Below are positions 1 through 10,086 of a stretch of 64,000 nucleotides of DNA, piece by piece. Made by a program: the position numbers and the translations under genes. Below the pieces are notes generated by a model, which was given only the letters and a program-made list of their open reading frames with translations, did not search any database and was not told where the DNA came from. Positions within the stretch are counted from its first letter, which is position 1, and each line of letters starts with the position of its first letter. The stretch spans positions 142,052-206,051 of the forward strand of contig JAOAAY010000001.1 of the NCBI GenBank assembly GCA_026418615.1. The letters run 5' to 3'. This DNA comes from Candidatus Sumerlaeaceae bacterium. Its GTDB lineage: Bacteria; Sumerlaeota; Sumerlaeia; Sumerlaeales; Sumerlaeaceae.

Positions 1-2
1 GT

Positions 3-269
3 TGTCTCCTCAATGCTGGAGCCACGACTGGCCCTGCCGTCACGATCCCCCTGCGTGCCCTCTACGGCCGCAACATCACCATTCACGGCTGTTACATGGG
101 TACGCGCGCCGAACTGAACCGCATCGTGGAACTGGCCGAAACCCGCCGGATCAAGCCGATCATTGATAAAGTCTATCCTCTCGCCCAAGCACGCGCCGCA
201 CAGGAACGCATGGACAACAGCGAACATTTTGGAAAACTGGTACTGACACCCGATTCCATGACTGGCTGA
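3..269 (+). CDS. Zinc-binding dehydrogenase/quinone oxidoreductase (MDR family), 3' part, truncated by the window edge
   Basis: Hand translation from position 3 gives ...NAGATTGPAVTIPLRALYGRNITIHGCYMGTRAEL...IKPIIDKVYPLAQARAAQERMDNSEHFGKLVL..., a typical MDR C-terminus. TGA at 267-269. Confidence 0.8.
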   Translation, partial: CLLNAGATTGPAVTIPLRALYGRNITIHGCYMGTRAELNRIVELAETRRIKPIIDKVYPLAQARAAQERMDNSEHFGKLVLTPDSMTG

Positions 270-279
270 GACGCGTCGT

Positions 280-1563
280 TCAGTATCGCATCCAGTCGTT
301 GACCCCCGAGGTGGTGCCAACCAAACTGCCGGTCGCGCCAAACAACCCGAGCGGCCCCGGATAAGAGAAATCGGGAAACAGACTCGCCACATCCGTGTGC
401 GCGCGTCGTGCTGCCATGACCTCCGTAATCACAGTCCGGAAATCTGTTGTAGCGTTGAGGTCCACGCGTTCAAACAACTGATCATTGGCCAGACCCGGCC
501 ATACGCCAAACACTTTCTTTTGGGCGATGTTAGCGCTGAGGATTATCATGAGACCACCGTGGCCGTGATCGGTGCCGGTATTGGCATTCTCGCGCAAACG
601 CCGGCCAAACTCCGACATGACCATAACTGTCAGCCGGCCGTGATAATCCTGCAGATCGGTCCAGAACGCGTTCAGACCACCAGATAATTCCGAGACAAGG
701 TCGGCAAAAATCCCGCCGGCGGAGTTGCCATACCATGCCTGATTCTCGTGGGTGTCCCAGCCGCCCAGGTCCACCGTGGCCACTTCCAGCCCCAGATCCA
801 TGCGGATGATCTGCGCAATGGACGCCAGGCGCTGAGCAAACTCTGTATCGGGATAAACCGCCCCGTGGCGGGGCACATAATCGCCTGGCGGGTTGGCTTC
901 GATAATGTCGGCAACATCGAGCGTGCGCAGCGCTGCGACGCCAAAACGGTTGTCATAGGCGTACATGCGACGCAGGGCGATCCGTATATCATCCACCTGA
1001 TTCCAATAGCCGGCAATCTCAAAACCGCTCGCTTCGCTCAGAGCGAGGGCGTCCAAATGGCCTTCCAGCGACGCCGCCACGCTGGACCCGATACTGACGG
1101 CCCGAAAAACATCGCCTCCGGCCACGGTCGCAAGATGCCGGCCGAGCCAACCCCCTGTTGTGGAGGCTTTCAACTGTCCGCGCTCGTAATAATCCTGCGC
1201 CTCAAAATGCGACCGGTTGGCCTCGGGAAATCCCACTGCAGGAATCAGGGCAAGATGCTGGTTGGTGTACAGGTCACGCAACGCAGCAGCCGACGGATGA
1301 AGCCCAAAGTACCCGTCAATGTCGCGGATTTGTGCGGCGGTCAACCGGAGGCTGGGCCGGGCATCCGCGTAATTGGCGTCCGAGTAGGGCACGAGGAAAT
1401 TGAGCGCGTCCATGCCGCCCCGCAGGAACACGACCACTAAGATGTCGCGCTGGGGTCCGCCGCTCCCTTGCGCAAACACCAGATTCCCTAATCGCGAGCC
1501 GCTCATGGCCGCTATTGCCGCGCAGCAGCCCTGAAGAAATGTCCGTCGCCGGATGGTGCTCAT
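280..1563 (-). CDS. DUF1501 family Tat-exported protein with an extra C-terminal tail
   Basis: RRRTFL Tat motif; LRGGMDALN, RSHFEAQ, GGWDTH, SEFGRR and GTDHG motifs; paired with a DUF1800 gene. Confidence 0.9.
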   Translation of the reverse strand: MSTIRRRTFLQGCCAAIAAMSGSRLGNLVFAQGSGGPQRDILVVVFLRGGMDALNFLVPYSDANYADARPSLRLTAAQIRDIDGYFGLHPSAAALRDLYTNQHLALIPAVGFPEANRSHFEAQDYYERGQLKASTTGGWLGRHLATVAGGDVFRAVSIGSSVAASLEGHLDALALSEASGFEIAGYWNQVDDIRIALRRMYAYDNRFGVAALRTLDVADIIEANPPGDYVPRHGAVYPDTEFAQRLASIAQIIRMDLGLEVATVDLGGWDTHENQAWYGNSAGGIFADLVSELSGGLNAFWTDLQDYHGRLTVMVMSEFGRRLRENANTGTDHGHGGLMIILSANIAQKKVFGVWPGLANDQLFERVDLNATTDFRTVITEVMAARRAHTDVASLFPDFSYPGPLGLFGATGSLVGTTSGVNDWMRY

Positions 1564-1593
1564 TGGGGTAACCGTCCCTTTCCGCGGCAGCCG

Positions 1594-3189
1594 TCAGCGC
1601 CGCATAAATTCTGGAGTCATGGTGCAAAGCGCCGCCGTCTCCGGCGCCTTGTCGCGGATCTGCTCGGCCGACAGCGGGATGTCATACCCGCGCCCATCGG
1701 CCACAAAGTCCAACACTGCCTGAGCAGTCGCTTCCGAAGGTGGCCGCTGCAGGATGCGATTGAGCCAAAACTGCGCGATCTGGCGCGGCGTCCGGATAGT
1801 TGGCGGCATGATCTCGTGGCTATTGAACCGAAACGGTCCGGTGTAGCCAGAATCGTGGCAGTTGGAGGCAGCGATGAAGACAAATCTCTGCCGATATAGA
1901 AAATTATTTGAGGTTGCCCATTCGTCCCATACATCCGGCGGCCCGTTCGGTGGGCGCCACCCGAACATGGGCATTCCCATCGGGTCGTAATACCAAGTAA
2001 AATCAAAATCCGGTTCAGGCAGCGGAAACGCCATGCCAAGCGCCCGCATGACCGAAACGGCCCAGTCGAGCGGGCGCTTGAATTTAGCCGCTCTTATACT
2101 CGGGGCTGACGGCTGCGGACCGACAAATTTGCGTATCCGCGCTGACTGGAACTCCGGACTGCGACATATGTGGCGGACCACTTGGCGGATCTGATCCGGG
2201 GCGGAAGCCGCCCGCTGAAAAACGCGAGCCGAAGAGGCTACGAGCGACGGTGGCGGATTGTCGTCAACCAGCCGTTGGCAGAGTTTCCAGCAGATAAACT
2301 TGGCAGTGCCGGGGTGATAGGCCAGAAGATCGAGAACTATGCGCCCATCAACCAAGTCCGCCTGGTCATTGGGAATCGCCCGGCCCAAAACGATTTTCTG
2401 AAAGCGGTCATGATTAGCCCGAATATATTTGAACTCGCCGCGGGTCGGTGCGCTGTCGCCCGTCTCGAAGGTCCAGCCAGTAAAGCATCGGCTCGCCTCG
2501 TAAACATCATTATCCACATAACCGCCCTCGCTCCGGTAGTGGATCGCCCCGAGCGTGTGCAGTTCGAACAGTTCGCGCGCGTAATTCTCGTTCGGCCCGG
2601 CGTTCGTGCTCAGGTAGTTGTCGAGGTAGTAAAGCATGCACGGGTGCTTGGCAGTTGCCTCAAGCAAGGCGCGAAAGTTGCCCAAAGCATGTTGTCGAAT
2701 GGTCAGGTCCCACTTGGTGAACATGGACCTGATAATGTAATCCCAACCGAAGATGTTGAAGTGGTTGTGCCAGAATTCCACTAAACGCTCGTAGAGTTGC
2801 CTTTTCGACATCACCATGCGGATGGCCGTGGCATGCTGGACATCGCGCAAGGGACGCCACACCTCATTCCAATCAGGAAGGTCCCGCCGGTCGTACAACT
2901 GCTGCCAGGTTTCCGCATAGGTGACCGGGTTGAGCGCCGCGATGGCGGCATCGCATGCCGAGTCGTCAATGGTTTCCGGAGACAACTGCTGCTCGAGAAA
3001 GGCCTCATAGCCCATTTGCTCAATGGCAGCCACTTCCCCGGGACGGGGCCCGAACATCAGGCGGTTGGCAGCGTGCCAGGCCAACGATGGCTCAGGGGCT
3101 TGGCCTGCAGCAGGGTCGGCGATCTTCGCAAGCCCCGCCGACAGCGGGACGGCAAGTTGCGCGAAAAAATCGCGCCGTGGCCCGATCAT
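1594..3189 (-). CDS. DUF1800 family protein
   Basis: FWHNHF, YLDN and PNENYARELFELHTLG motifs. Start chosen at ATG 3189 (MIGPRRDFF, Tat-like), preceded by GAAGGTGA. Confidence 0.9.
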   Translation of the reverse strand: MIGPRRDFFAQLAVPLSAGLAKIADPAAGQAPEPSLAWHAANRLMFGPRPGEVAAIEQMGYEAFLEQQLSPETIDDSACDAAIAALNPVTYAETWQQLYDRRDLPDWNEVWRPLRDVQHATAIRMVMSKRQLYERLVEFWHNHFNIFGWDYIIRSMFTKWDLTIRQHALGNFRALLEATAKHPCMLYYLDNYLSTNAGPNENYARELFELHTLGAIHYRSEGGYVDNDVYEASRCFTGWTFETGDSAPTRGEFKYIRANHDRFQKIVLGRAIPNDQADLVDGRIVLDLLAYHPGTAKFICWKLCQRLVDDNPPPSLVASSARVFQRAASAPDQIRQVVRHICRSPEFQSARIRKFVGPQPSAPSIRAAKFKRPLDWAVSVMRALGMAFPLPEPDFDFTWYYDPMGMPMFGWRPPNGPPDVWDEWATSNNFLYRQRFVFIAASNCHDSGYTGPFRFNSHEIMPPTIRTPRQIAQFWLNRILQRPPSEATAQAVLDFVADGRGYDIPLSAEQIRDKAPETAALCTMTPEFMRR

Positions 3190-3366
3190 AACAACTTCAC
3201 CTTCATCAAAAATCTCGCGGGCCACTTGACGCGCGGCTTGATGCCCGTGTGAAAAGGCAACGGTTTGACAACCCGCGCGTCAAACAGCACGCGATCACCC
3301 TTTCGGCGATTCAGTAGACATTATTGCACGATGGAAGGCAAAATCAAGAGGAGATTGAGTGGGCGA

Positions 3367-4758
3367 TCATTTTCCGCCGGAAGGCTCAGTGTCCATGTAT
3401 TCCCTGATCCGTTGGCCGACCCGCCGAGCCACAATCTCGTAGCCTTCGCGGTTGGGGTGGCAGCACACATCCGCCCAAAGGGTTTGAGGTTTGTCTCGAT
3501 AAATCATCGACAAGTCCTCGAAACGCACCCCCTGAGCGCTCAGACGAGCGCCGCGCTCTCGAAGCAACGGGTAACCGGCCAGCACCGAAGGCCGGCAAGC
3601 ATTGTTCTCCTCGAACGCCTGCTTGCGCTCTTGCTCGGTGAGCGTCTTTGACCCCTCATCGTACTGGTTGGGTTGCAAGAAGTGAAAGTAGGCCGCACCC
3701 GCGCGACGGCACAAGGCATCCATCTGCAGCGAGCAGGATGCCCAGTGATCCGCAAGGAACGGATACAGTTTTTCCGGTGCCGAACTGACAAGATCCGGCC
3801 CCGAGATCAAATAGGTGCGCGCCGAGGCAGCCGCACGCCCCGCACGGTCAATTTCGAGCAACATCGCGCGCTGCATCACCTTGTCCACCGCGCGCCACAA
3901 TCCGCATCGAGCGATGCTCCACCGTCCCGGCAAACTCTCCATCAAGGCAGCCCAGCCCCCGCGCCAGTCCCGCAACAACTCGACCTTCCCCGCAGAACGC
4001 AACGCGACCCGATCGGAGAGATTCATCACCCGGTAGTACCACCCAGTCGGGTAAATCGGCGTGACCCCCTTGGGCAGGTTGACAGCCGGACCGAGCGCTA
4101 TTTCGTTGAAGCCATCCAAGTTTACCACGACATCAAAATGCGCCCCCAGCGAGAGCAGCATCGAGAGCGTGTTGAGTTGCTGCGGTTGCTTATAGGCTCC
4201 GATCGCCACCGATACGACCCGCACTAGCCGGCCTGAGGCCCGCAATTCCTCCTCGAGATACGGACGCCCAACGGTCGTCAACTGCCGTGCAAACGAGCCC
4301 CCAAACACCGCAACGGTCATGACTCCCGGCGGGGGCGGCGCAAGTAGATCCACCTCGGGATCGTGCAGGCCGAGCCGTGAAACACCGGGACCCGCATTCG
4401 GGTCTCGCACCCAACCGACATACGGGTGGATGACCTCGATGGCGTTCTGATCCTCGATCACCATGACTCCCGCGCCGGCGATGGGGGCTGTGGTGCCCTC
4501 CGCATGGCTGCGTGCAAGCCGGGACATCGCCGCTCCATACTCGGAAAACGAAAACGGGCGCTGAAAGGCAATCAGGTAAAAAACATGCAGGCCTAACTCG
4601 AGACCTGCCAACACCAGAAGCGCTGCTAACAGCCAAAACACCAAACGGACCAACCGCGAACGCCCGCGCCCCCGTTTCGGGAGCCGCGGTGCCGGAGCAT
4701 TCGCATCATTCGGCGATTCCCAATCGGTCGTCATGAGTTGTGCAGCCCAGCGGCTCAT
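3367..4758 (-). CDS. Membrane-anchored SGNH/GDSL hydrolase-like protein
   Basis: N-terminal TM segment; FGGSFA block I, LDGFNE, FLQP and C-terminal DVCCHPN..GY. Confidence 0.65.
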   Translation of the reverse strand: MSRWAAQLMTTDWESPNDANAPAPRLPKRGRGRSRLVRLVFWLLAALLVLAGLELGLHVFYLIAFQRPFSFSEYGAAMSRLARSHAEGTTAPIAGAGVMVIEDQNAIEVIHPYVGWVRDPNAGPGVSRLGLHDPEVDLLAPPPPGVMTVAVFGGSFARQLTTVGRPYLEEELRASGRLVRVVSVAIGAYKQPQQLNTLSMLLSLGAHFDVVVNLDGFNEIALGPAVNLPKGVTPIYPTGWYYRVMNLSDRVALRSAGKVELLRDWRGGWAALMESLPGRWSIARCGLWRAVDKVMQRAMLLEIDRAGRAAASARTYLISGPDLVSSAPEKLYPFLADHWASCSLQMDALCRRAGAAYFHFLQPNQYDEGSKTLTEQERKQAFEENNACRPSVLAGYPLLRERGARLSAQGVRFEDLSMIYRDKPQTLWADVCCHPNREGYEIVARRVGQRIREYMDTEPSGGK

Positions 4759-4933
4759 TCAGCCGCGCCGTCCCGGTGGCGCAACAATAAATCCCGAGTG
4801 ACAAAAGCCCTTCACCGGCCTCAGCGTCCGCCGGCTCAAATCACCCCGACTGATCTCAAAACGGACGCATGAATGAATGCCGCGGTCGGCTGTCATCTGC
4901 CCTGACCTAAAAAGACTACAAAAGGAGTAGAGG

Positions 4934-5557
4934 ATGACCCGACAGGTTGCGACGAATATCACTTGGCACCCCGGACATGTCACGCGCGAGGAGCGCATGG
5001 CGGTGACGCGGCAAAAACCGTGCTGCATTTGGCTGACCGGTTTGTCGGCGTGCGGGAAGAGCACGATCGCCATGGCCCTTGAACAGGTTCTGATTCAACG
5101 GGGACATCTGGCCTATGTGCTCGACGGCGACAATATCCGGCACGGACTGAACAAGAATCTTGGGTTCTCGCCGGAAGATCGTGAGGAGAACATTCGTCGC
5201 ATCGGCGAGGTGGCAAAACTGTTTGTGGATGCCGGCCTGATCGTCATCACGAGTTTTATCAGTCCGTACCGTGCGGATCGCGACAAAGTGCGGGCCTTGC
5301 TTCAGCCGGGCGAGTTTGTCGAGGTCTTCGTGGATGCGTCCGTCGAGGTGTGTGCCAAGCGCGACCCGAAGGGCCTGTACGAGAAAGCCATGCGAGGCGA
5401 AATCAAAAACTTTACCGGGGTCTCACCCGATGCGCCCTACGAGGCTCCTGCCAGTCCCGAACTGCACTTAAAGACCGATGAGATCAGTGTCGAGGAGGCT
5501 GTTGCTACTCTGCTGGACTACCTCGAGTCGAAGGGTCACCTGACGCCGGGCGCCTGA
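4934..5557 (+). CDS. cysC: Adenylyl-sulfate kinase
   Basis: WLTGLSACGKST P-loop, LDGDNIRHGL, RDPKGLY; AGGAG RBS upstream. Confidence 0.95.
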   Translation: MTRQVATNITWHPGHVTREERMAVTRQKPCCIWLTGLSACGKSTIAMALEQVLIQRGHLAYVLDGDNIRHGLNKNLGFSPEDREENIRRIGEVAKLFVDAGLIVITSFISPYRADRDKVRALLQPGEFVEVFVDASVEVCAKRDPKGLYEKAMRGEIKNFTGVSPDAPYEAPASPELHLKTDEISVEEAVATLLDYLESKGHLTPGA

Positions 5558-5573
5558 CGCGCGCCCGGCTGTT

Positions 5574-5825
5574 TTACCACTGGCGGCTCATCCACTTGAG
5601 CGTCGGCTCGATGGGATCCTTGGGCAGGAAAAAAGTGGGTTCATGACCGGTGAACTGAGGAAGGAACCGCCTGCCCCGCACCTTCATCACCAAAGCCACT
5701 GGGGCAAACAAGACCCAATAGAATAACCCGAAAACCACCGCTGACAACGCGAGGGCCATCGCCTCGCCCACGGGTTTCAGACGCGCTTCGATTCGTTTCC
5801 AAAGGCTTTGCGGTTTGGCCATCAT
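5574..5825 (-). CDS. SxtJ-like small membrane protein
   Basis: Hydrophobic core, 'FY.LF.PV' segment and a C-terminal 'RQW'; adjacent to a DUF5989 gene. Confidence 0.55.
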   Translation of the reverse strand: MMAKPQSLWKRIEARLKPVGEAMALALSAVVFGLFYWVLFAPVALVMKVRGRRFLPQFTGHEPTFFLPKDPIEPTLKWMSRQW

Positions 5826-5840
5826 CCTCTCCTGCAGTGC

Positions 5841-6071
5841 TCAGAACAGTGTATAGATGGCATAGCCAAGCGGTGAACTGGTCGTGAAAACGACAAAGAG
5901 GCCAGCCAGAGCAAATACAATCAGGATCGGCAGTATCCACCAGAGTTTGCGCTCGCGCAGGAAATCGATGAACTCACCCAGTATCTCGAACCGGTCGCGA
6001 AGACGCACGGCCCCCCAAATGACGCCTGCCAACACAACGAGCAACACGATGAGTATCAGTGTGGAGTTCAT
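5841..6071 (-). CDS. DUF5989 (SxtK-like) small membrane protein
   Basis: FLRERKLWWILPI...YTLF signature. Confidence 0.8.
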   Translation of the reverse strand: MNSTLILIVLLVVLAGVIWGAVRLRDRFEILGEFIDFLRERKLWWILPILIVFALAGLFVVFTTSSPLGYAIYTLF

Positions 6072-6286
6072 GCCTGGACTTCCCTTACAGCATTGCCAAC
6101 GGCCGACGCCGGTTCATTGTCACCGAATGCCTTATTACCGCCGTCCGTAAATAGTCTTGGATGCGTTGGGGCATTTTGCCGCCGGCAACATTTTCGTTGC
6201 CGGGGCACCCCGGTGGCGACATACACTCAGGTATGAGAGAGCGGGTGTCCGCATAATGAGACCTTCCAACTATGGGGGCGTGAAGC

Positions 6287-8068
6287 ATGGCCGTCAGAAA
6301 GCCCACCGAAGCCGAGCGTAAGTATTTCGAGCGCACAGCCGCGAAACGCGGACCCGCTGCGAGTAGCCACACCCTCGGGCTGATCCTCGAGGAGGCTGGA
6401 CTCATCAGCCAAGATATGATTCGCGACCTCATCCCGCAGGATGAGTCGGCGCAGACCCTCAAGCATGCCGTCGTCTCCCAAGGGCTGGCCCGCGAGGACG
6501 ACATTCTCGACGCGCTGGCTGCGAACCTTGGCCTGAAAAAGGTCAACCTTCGCGAACTTAAGCCGACAAAGGAACTCGTCGAGCAAATAGATGCCAAGCA
6601 CGCCATCAAGTACCGGGTCTTCCCCGTGGCTTACGATGACGAGACCCTCGAAGTGGCCTTGGCCGATCCCCTGAACATCCAGACGACGGACGATCTCGAG
6701 CGGATTTACCGAAAACGGATTGTCCCGGTCGTGGCCTCCGAGGACGACATCAACCGCCTGATTAAGCACTGGTACGAGGGCTCAGACATCTCCGAACTGT
6801 ACCAAGATGCCGCAGACGAAGCCATCGCCGAGGAAACGAAGGGCAAGGAAGATGTCTATTCAGATATCGATCTGACCGGCAACGCCGAGGTGGACCAGCC
6901 CCCGGTCGTGAAATATGTCGACTTGATTTTCAAGCAGGCCGTTCACGATCGCGCGTCAGATATTCATGTGGAACCCACGAAGGCCGGAATCACGATCCGG
7001 TTTCGCATTGACGGTGTCCTGCACGAAGTCCCCGCGCCTCCCAAGCGCTGGCAAAACTCCGTCATCTCGCGCCTCAAGGTGCTCTCGGGCATGGACCTTG
7101 CCGAAAAGCGTGTGCCGCTGGACGGGCGCATCAAACTGAACATTCCGGACAAGAAACTCGATGTCCGTGTCTCGTCGTTGCCGACCGTGTTCGGAGAATC
7201 CATCGTCATGCGTATCCTCGACCAAGCCAGCGTGCTCATGGGTTTGGAGGATGTCGGATTCCTGCCCGACTCGGTCAAAAAATTTAAGGAACTGATCAAA
7301 AGCCCCAACGGGGTCATTCTGATGACGGGCCCCACGGGTTCCGGCAAGACGACAACACTTTACTCGGCCCTGGCGACGATCAACAACTCCGAGACGAAGA
7401 TCGTCACTGTCGAGGATCCGGTCGAATACATGCTCGACGGCGTTAATCAGGTGCAGGTGAACAAAGAGGTTGGATTGGATTTTGCTCAAGCCCTGCGCTC
7501 CATTCTGCGCCAATCGCCGGATGTCATCATGGTTGGCGAAATGCGCGACCTGGAAACCGCCGAGATTGGCATCCGCGCCGCACTCACGGGTCACCTCGTG
7601 TTCTCAACCCTGCACACGAACGACGCGCCCAGCGCCTGCACCCGCTTGATTGACATGGGTATCAAGCCCTTCCTCGTGGCCAGTTCGCTGCAGGCCGTCA
7701 TCGCTCAGCGCCTCGTTCGCCGCATTTGCAATTACTGTAAAATGGCGTACGAGCCCAAAGCAGAGGAGGTCTTGGGCTTCGGCATGACGCTCGAGGAAGT
7801 GGCCGGACGCCCGTTCCACAAGGGCAAAGGCTGTGACCGTTGCAACAATAGCGGCTACCGCGGTCGAACCGCCATCCACGAAATTCTCGTCAACGATCCC
7901 GACATCCGGCACATGATTATCCGGGTCGAACCGGCCACAAAATTGAAAAAACATGCCGTCCAGAAAAAGGGCATGCGAACCTTGCGCATGGATGGGTGGG
8001 AAAAAGTGCTGATCGGCCAGACCACCCCGCAGGAAATCATGCGCATCACGGCTGAAGATACAATATAA
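6287..8068 (+). CDS. GspE/PilB family secretion/pilus assembly ATPase
   Basis: ASDIHVEP, GPTGSGKTTT, TVEDPVE, LRQSPDVIMVGEMRD, TGHLVFSTLHTND and two CxxC zinc motifs. Confidence 0.93.
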   Translation: MAVRKPTEAERKYFERTAAKRGPAASSHTLGLILEEAGLISQDMIRDLIPQDESAQTLKHAVVSQGLAREDDILDALAANLGLKKVNLRELKPTKELVEQIDAKHAIKYRVFPVAYDDETLEVALADPLNIQTTDDLERIYRKRIVPVVASEDDINRLIKHWYEGSDISELYQDAADEAIAEETKGKEDVYSDIDLTGNAEVDQPPVVKYVDLIFKQAVHDRASDIHVEPTKAGITIRFRIDGVLHEVPAPPKRWQNSVISRLKVLSGMDLAEKRVPLDGRIKLNIPDKKLDVRVSSLPTVFGESIVMRILDQASVLMGLEDVGFLPDSVKKFKELIKSPNGVILMTGPTGSGKTTTLYSALATINNSETKIVTVEDPVEYMLDGVNQVQVNKEVGLDFAQALRSILRQSPDVIMVGEMRDLETAEIGIRAALTGHLVFSTLHTNDAPSACTRLIDMGIKPFLVASSLQAVIAQRLVRRICNYCKMAYEPKAEEVLGFGMTLEEVAGRPFHKGKGCDRCNNSGYRGRTAIHEILVNDPDIRHMIIRVEPATKLKKHAVQKKGMRTLRMDGWEKVLIGQTTPQEIMRITAEDTI

Positions 8069-8251
8069 TCAGAGGACAAGCCGCGGTACGCTTCGAATTT
8101 AGAACGGTGCCCTGTCGCGCTCTGCGTGCGGCCATTTGCGCATATGGTAAACCGGCGGTAGCGCCCAATGGTTATCGGTGATCAAGTCGCGGCACGCCGT
8201 CCCGCGTCAGGCTTGCCATCTTCAAGACACTCCTGCACGCGCCTGCGCGCA

Positions 8252-9262
8252 TTAGCGGTTGCCGTACATCCGCTCGTAATAGGTTCGATACTCGCCCGAG
8301 ACGATCTTTTCCCACCAATCGCGGTTGTCCACATACCACTGGACGGTCGCGCGCAGGCCGTCATCGAATGATATGGCCGGCTCCCAACCCAGTTCTTTGC
8401 GGATTTTCGAAGCATCAAGCGCGTACCGCCGGTCGTGACCGGGACGATCCTTGACATGACGGATCAGCGTCTCCGGCTTGCCCAGTTGTTTCAGGAGGGC
8501 ACGGATCACCTCGAGATTCGGGCGCTCGTTTACGCCGCCTACATTGTACACCTCCCCCGGGCGCCCGCCCTCCAAAACGAGATCTATGGCAGCACAGTGG
8601 TCGCTGACATGGAGCCATTCGCGCCGCTGCATGCCGTCGCCGTACACCGGCAGGGGTGCATCTTTGAGGGCGTTGATGGTCATGAGCGGCAACATTTTTT
8701 CTGGAAACTGATACGGCCCGTAATTGTTCGAGCAGCGCGTGATACATACGGGAAGACCGTAGGTGTGATGGTAGGCCATCACGAGGTGATCCGCGGCCGC
8801 CTTGCTGGCCGAATACGGACTGCGCGGAGACAGCGGTGTCTCTTCCGTGAACGCACCCTCAGGCCCCAGGCTGCCGTACACCTCATCGGTGGAGACCTGA
8901 ACGAATCGGGATGTGCCATGATTGAGTGCTGCGTGGAGCAGGGTTTGCGTGCCGAGAATATTGGTCCTCAAAAACACCTGCGGATTCTCGATGGATCGGT
9001 CCACATGGGATTCGGCGGCAAAGTTCACAACCGCGTCGAACCGGTACTCTTCGAACAACCGGTTTACGACATTCGCATCGGCAATGTCACCGTGTACAAA
9101 AATATAGTTGGGCGCCGAGGCCACCGAAGCGACATTCTCAAGGTTACCGGCATAGGTCAGCGCGTCCAGGTTGACGATCAGGTCGCCGGGATTCCTGGTC
9201 ACACGCCGCCGAACATATTCCGAGCCGATAAATCCGCATCCGCCGGTCACCAACAATTTCAT
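8252..9262 (-). CDS. rfbB: dTDP-glucose 4,6-dehydratase
   Basis: TGGCGFIG, AAESHVDRSI, STDEVYG, YSASK, DRPGHDRRY. Start set at MKLLVTGG. Confidence 0.95.
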   Translation of the reverse strand: MKLLVTGGCGFIGSEYVRRRVTRNPGDLIVNLDALTYAGNLENVASVASAPNYIFVHGDIADANVVNRLFEEYRFDAVVNFAAESHVDRSIENPQVFLRTNILGTQTLLHAALNHGTSRFVQVSTDEVYGSLGPEGAFTEETPLSPRSPYSASKAAADHLVMAYHHTYGLPVCITRCSNNYGPYQFPEKMLPLMTINALKDAPLPVYGDGMQRREWLHVSDHCAAIDLVLEGGRPGEVYNVGGVNERPNLEVIRALLKQLGKPETLIRHVKDRPGHDRRYALDASKIRKELGWEPAISFDDGLRATVQWYVDNRDWWEKIVSGEYRTYYERMYGNR

Positions 9263-9375
9263 AACGGGTTCGTCCTTGGATTGTTTACACCGCCCCATGC
9301 ATCCGACGCCGGTTTACAAGGTCAACACCCCTTGCACCGCCACGAATTTCTGATCGGGTTGCGTAATCAGGTCGC

Positions 9376-9957
9376 ATGATGGATGGAAAAACCGAGAGAT
9401 CCGAGGCTATGACTCGAATTGAATCCGTGTGTTTCTCTTTTGTCGTGCCCGAGACGGCCACGACGGGGCCGGCCACCGTAAGAGTGGAACTTGTGGCAAG
9501 CGACGGGCGCCTGACAGCGTTACGCCTCTTGAAACTCGACATGCCGCCTGCCGGTCACGCGCCGGAGTGTTTTCCGTCGGCTGAACACACACCAATCTTC
9601 GACCGGGCCGCCGCTCAATTGGCCGAGTATTTTTCCCGTAAGCGTCAAACTTTTGACCTGCCGCTCGCCCCGGAAGGAACTCCGTTTCAGCATCGCGTAT
9701 GGGACGCGGTCTCCCAAATCCCCTACGGCCAGACGCGCAGTTACTGGTGGGTGGCTGTCCGCATGGGCGACCCGCGCGCCTTCCGGGCGGTCGGCGCAGC
9801 CAATGGTGCCAATCCCCTGCCGATCATCATCCCGTGTCACCGTGTCATCCGACACGATGGAACTTTGGGCGGCTACTCGGGCGGGCTCGATTGGAAAAGG
9901 TTCCTGCTGGCCCTCGAGGGTGTCGAGATTCCGCCCATTGCAGAGCCGGTCCTATAG
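9376..9957 (+). CDS. ogt: Methylated-DNA--protein-cysteine methyltransferase
   Basis: GTPFQ, IPYGQTRSY and the IPCHRV active site. Confidence 0.92.
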   Translation: MMDGKTERSEAMTRIESVCFSFVVPETATTGPATVRVELVASDGRLTALRLLKLDMPPAGHAPECFPSAEHTPIFDRAAAQLAEYFSRKRQTFDLPLAPEGTPFQHRVWDAVSQIPYGQTRSYWWVAVRMGDPRAFRAVGAANGANPLPIIIPCHRVIRHDGTLGGYSGGLDWKRFLLALEGVEIPPIAEPVL

Positions 9958-10086
9958 TATCATCCGGGCGAGCCAAGCCAAGCCCCAACCAACCCCGCCA
10001 GGGCACAGACACCTACAGACCGGCCGTATCAACGCCCTGCTTGTATGAGCAACGATGCAAAACGGGATTCTTTCCCCAACGACAGG

